A DNA stretch of 64,000 nt from NCBI GenBank assembly GCA_949282275.1, contig CASDOO010000035.1:13625-77624 (forward strand), in the 5' to 3' direction. Position 1 is the stretch's first letter; each line of letters opens with the position of its first letter. Origin of the DNA: an uncultured Bacillota bacterium. Its GTDB lineage: Bacteria > Bacillota_I > Bacilli_A > RFN20 > CAG-288. This document shows positions 60,988-64,000 of the stretch, in pieces. The position numbers and the translations under genes are program-made. The notes beneath the pieces were generated by a model, which did not search any database, was not told the DNA's origin, and saw nothing but the letters and a program-made list of their open reading frames with translations.

Positions 60988-63524
60988 TTCACCTTCTTCT
61001 TGAGGTCGAAGAGGAAGTTGAGTGCCTCAAGCGGGGACATGGTCATCGGGTCGAGCTTCTTGAGCGCCTCGGCGATGGGATCTTCCTTCGGCCTTTCCGG
61101 AACGATTTCCCGGATCTGGTCCTTCCTTACCCGATCCTCGCTTTCGAAGGAGGCAAGAAGCTCGCCTGCCCGGGAGACGACTTCCATGGGAAGTCCGGCA
61201 AGCTTTGCCACGTTGATGCCATAGGAACGGTCCATCGATCCTTCCTTCATCTTGTAGAGGAAGGTGACGTTTCCGTTCTCCTCGCGAACGTCGCAATGGA
61301 TGTTCCGGCAGGCTTTTATCTTCTGGCTGAGCTTGGTGATTTCGTGGTAGTGCGTCGAGAAGAAGGTCTTGCAGTGGACTTTCTCCACGATGTATTCGAT
61401 GATGCTTTCGGCAATGGCCATGCCATCGAAGGTCGCCGTTCCCCTGCCAATCTCGTCGAAGAGGAAGAGGGAGGAAGAAGTGGCCTCCTCCAATGCCTGG
61501 GCGACCTCGCTCATCTCCGTCATGAAGGTGGACTGGCCCTTGATGAGGTTGTCCGAGGCGCCGATCCGGGTATAGAGGGCATCGAAGACGGGAAGATTGC
61601 AGGACTCGGCCGGGACATAGGAACCGATCTGGGCAAGGATGGCAATGAGGCCGAATTCCTTCATGTAGGTGGATTTTCCGCCCATGTTCGGGCCGGTGAT
61701 GATGAGGACGTCCGTATCCTTGTCCATGCGGTAGTCGTTGGCGACGAAGAGCGTCTCCGGCGAGGCGACCTCGATGATCGGATGCCTAGCGGAACGGATG
61801 TCGATCGTTCCGTCGTGGGTGAAATGCGGGCGGACGTAGCCATGCTCGCTGGCGACGAAGGCCAGGGAGAGATAGTAGTCCAAAAGGGCCAGGCTTTCGC
61901 TTGTCCTCTGGATCCTTTCGGTATGGACGGAAACGCGTTTGCGCAGCTCCTTGAAGAGACGGTATTCCAGGCTTGTCTTCTCGTCGCGGGCGCGGAGGAT
62001 CCGGTCTTCCCGTTCCTTGAGTTCCTGGGTGATGAACCTTTCGCCCGTCTTCAGGGTCTGCTTCCGAATATAGCCGAATTCCGGCTTGACCTCCTTGACC
62101 TGTCCGGCACTGACTTCGATGTAGTAGCCAAAGACCGTGTTGTATCCGACGCGAAGTGTCTTGATGCCGGTCCGTTCCTTTTCCTTGGCCTCAAGGGAGG
62201 CAATCCAGGTCTTGTCGTCGCTTGTCAGGTCGATGAGCTCGTCCAGGCGCGGATCATAGCCACGCTTGAAAATCTCGCCTTCGGTGATAGTCAATGGACA
62301 GTCCTCGCGGATGGCGCTTTCAAGAAGCCGGACGAGATCGGCATAGTCGCCGACGTTCGAGGCAAGCTCGTTTATCGGTGCGATTTGGCAAAGCGGGGCA
62401 AGATCCTTGACGACTTGCGGGAGGACGGAAAGGGACCTTTTGAGCTGCAGAAGGTCGTGTCCGTTGCAGTTCTCGTATCCCATGCGGGCGATGAGCCTCT
62501 CCATGTCGAAGATGTTCGAAAGGTCCTCGCGCAGCTTTTCGCGGACGACATAGTTCTCGATGAAGGCGCCGGTCATGTCCAGGGAGCGCTCGATTTCCTT
62601 CTCGTCGGCCATCGGGGCGACGATGCGGTTCTTGAGATAGCGGCTTCCCATCGGCGTCTTCGTCTTGTCCAGAAGCCAGAAGAGCGTGCCGAAGGTCTTT
62701 CCCTCCAGGCTCTTGACCAGTTCCATATTGCTCTGGGCGGAATAGTCGACGCGCATTCGCTTCTCGCCCATGAGGTTCTTGACAGGCTTGAAATAGTCCA
62801 GGGGACGCTTTTCCATGCTCGTGAGGTAGTTGTAGAGGCGGGCACAGCAGTCGACCTGCCTTTCGTCCTTGAGGTTGACGAAGAGGGATTCCATCTCGAT
62901 GGATGTCGAGGCATCGTTGAAATAGGAGATCGGGACCTGGGAATTGTTCTTGATATAGAGAATCGTCTGGCTGTCGAAGGAAGTCGGGACGACCAATTCC
63001 TTGATATCCAGGAAAAGCAGTTCTTCCAGTATCCTCTCCCTTGTCGGTTCGATGTTGAGGGAGAACATCTCTCCGGTCGTCAAGTCGGCATAGCTGACGA
63101 CGGCGAGTTTCCCATAGATGCCAAGGGAGGCGATATAGTTGCTGGCCTTGTCGTTGATGTCGAGGTTTGCGCCTGGGGAGATGATCTGGATGACGTCCCT
63201 CTTCACGAGCTTCTTGGTGAGCTTGGGGTCCTCGACCTGCTCGCAGATGGCGACCTTGTAGCCGCGGTCGACGAGCTTCTGGGCATAGGAAAGATAGGCC
63301 CTGTGGGGAATGCCGCACATCGGTATCTTCTTCCCGTTTCCGCAGGACTTGGCCGTCAGGAAAAGCTGAAGCTCCTTGGAACAGATCTGGGCATCGTCGA
63401 GGAACATCTCGTAGAAGTCGCCAATGCGGAAAAAGAGGATGATGTCCCCGTATTGCCTCTTGAAGCTGAGGTACTGCTCCACCATGGGAGTGAACGATTC
63501 TTCTTTCTTTTCTTTCATTGTCAT
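60984..63524 (-). CDS. mutS: DNA mismatch repair protein MutS
   Basis: 'TPMVEQY', 'FFRIGDFYEMF', Walker A 'GPNMGGKSTYM', 'STFMTEM', 'DEIGRGT'. The start is ATG 63524 or ATG 63518, and the latter has better RBS spacing. Confidence 0.96.
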   Translation of the reverse strand: MTMKEKKEESFTPMVEQYLSFKRQYGDIILFFRIGDFYEMFLDDAQICSKELQLFLTAKSCGNGKKIPMCGIPHRAYLSYAQKLVDRGYKVAICEQVEDPKLTKKLVKRDVIQIISPGANLDINDKASNYIASLGIYGKLAVVSYADLTTGEMFSLNIEPTRERILEELLFLDIKELVVPTSFDSQTILYIKNNSQVPISYFNDASTSIEMESLFVNLKDERQVDCCARLYNYLTSMEKRPLDYFKPVKNLMGEKRMRVDYSAQSNMELVKSLEGKTFGTLFWLLDKTKTPMGSRYLKNRIVAPMADEKEIERSLDMTGAFIENYVVREKLREDLSNIFDMERLIARMGYENCNGHDLLQLKRSLSVLPQVVKDLAPLCQIAPINELASNVGDYADLVRLLESAIREDCPLTITEGEIFKRGYDPRLDELIDLTSDDKTWIASLEAKEKERTGIKTLRVGYNTVFGYYIEVSAGQVKEVKPEFGYIRKQTLKTGERFITQELKEREDRILRARDEKTSLEYRLFKELRKRVSVHTERIQRTSESLALLDYYLSLAFVASEHGYVRPHFTHDGTIDIRSARHPIIEVASPETLFVANDYRMDKDTDVLIITGPNMGGKSTYMKEFGLIAILAQIGSYVPAESCNLPVFDALYTRIGASDNLIKGQSTFMTEMSEVAQALEEATSSSLFLFDEIGRGTATFDGMAIAESIIEYIVEKVHCKTFFSTHYHEITKLSQKIKACRNIHCDVREENGNVTFLYKMKEGSMDRSYGINVAKLAGLPMEVVSRAGELLASFESEDRVRKDQIREIVPERPKEDPIAEALKKLDPMTMSPLEALNFLFDLKKKVK

Positions 63525-63530
63525 GTTCCT

Positions 63531-63842
63531 CTAGAGACGGAAATCCGACAGCGGCCTGAGGAGGTCGAGGAGTTCTTCCTTGCACGATCGCAGGTTGACG
63601 ACCAGGGGATCTTCCTCGTATTCCCGGTAGAGGGATTTCGCCTTCTCAAGCATGGCCTCCTTGTTGGGTGTTGGAAGAAGACGGGCCTTTTTCTGCAGGG
63701 CCCTGGATTCCTCAAGGAGCAAGGCGAGGCGCCTGTCCTCTTCCACGGCCTTCTTCAGGGCAAGATAGCGCCTTGTCTCCGAAAGCTCCCGGAAATCCCG
63801 GAGGAGATTGTCGATCTTATCGAGAAGCTCCCTTTCAGTCAT
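63531..63842 (-). CDS. ymcA: YlbF/YmcA-family protein (RicA-like)
   Basis: 103 aa from ATG 63842 (MTERELLDKIDNL...). All-helical and located between miaB and mutS, as B. subtilis ymcA is. The upstream track extension is Ser/Arg-rich junk overlapping miaB. Confidence 0.65.
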   Translation of the reverse strand: MTERELLDKIDNLLRDFRELSETRRYLALKKAVEEDRRLALLLEESRALQKKARLLPTPNKEAMLEKAKSLYREYEEDPLVVNLRSCKEELLDLLRPLSDFRL

Positions 63843-64000
63843 CCAGGAGTTCTCCGACGAGGGAATAGGTGTGGCTTTCGAGGATCTTGACCTTCCGGAT
63901 CTGCCCGATGAGGGAAGGATCGCCCGTGACGTGGACGAGCTTTCCATGACGGTCATAGCCCGAGATTCTATTCTGGTCCCGGCGCGAGACCGTCTCGAAA
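63835..64000 (-). CDS. miaB: MiaB-like methylthiotransferase, 3' end only (TRAM domain), truncated by the window edge
   Basis: Hand translation of the minus strand gives '...GYDRHGKLVHVTGDPSLIGQIRKVKILESHTYSLVGELLDD*'. This fits a TRAM-domain C-terminus. The position upstream of ymcA-mutS matches B. subtilis ymcB. Confidence 0.6.
   Translation of the reverse strand, partial: FETVSRRDQNRISGYDRHGKLVHVTGDPSLIGQIRKVKILESHTYSLVGELLDD

Noticed and set aside
60978-63890. 970-aa plus-strand ORF
   Set aside because: It is antisense to mutS and ymcA and has no motifs. The long ORFs at 38353-40338, 19593-20999, 28007-29503, 42835-44253, 55855-57516 and 36888-38267 show the same artefact opposite real genes.

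Overview
The window looks like a Firmicutes-type chromosomal segment. Supporting evidence: an HrcA/CIRCE heat-shock operon, glgC-glgD-glgA, comEA-comEC, a ymcA-mutS-mutL block, and a yloM-to-rpe-like cluster opposite rpmB. Coding regions carry a strong G/C third-position bias. That bias produces many long, stop-free ORFs antisense to real genes, and I reject all of them. Most of the window is housekeeping. On the plus strand: a two-component system, the glycogen operon, rpmF, an rsmB-like gene followed by rlmN, a PP2C phosphatase, a Ser/Thr kinase, rsgA and rpe, then adhE. On the minus strand: an EF-G paralog, rpmB, hrcA-grpE-dnaK-dnaJ, trmB, pepV, coaX, comEC, comEA, greA, csp, two fused ABC/FtsX transporters, and folD-fhs-miaA/tcdA-mutL-mutS-ymcA-miaB. 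AT-richer accessory patches lie at about 1-5170, 21900-23130 and 34550-36960. The strongest candidate for a new system is a self-contained three-gene operon at about 5136-10950. Its gene sizes and order match JetA-JetB-JetC (MksF-E-B), but it ends in a strong terminator with no JetD/MksG nuclease gene. It sits beside a type I toxin-antitoxin-like module and an AAA+/PD-(D/E)xK ATPase. Other notable items are a MiaA-TcdA fusion ORF, an RsmB homolog that has lost its SAM-binding and catalytic-Cys motifs, and a lipoprotein gene broken at a C7 tract. Also notable are five phased repeats upstream of an intramembrane-sensing kinase operon that carries tandem small-membrane-protein paralogs, a 5'-truncated surface-protein-like gene, dual CIRCE operators and a consensus cre site. 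I recognised no rRNA, tRNA, CRISPR array, transposase or integrase. All functional calls rest on motif reading by eye. No database search was run.
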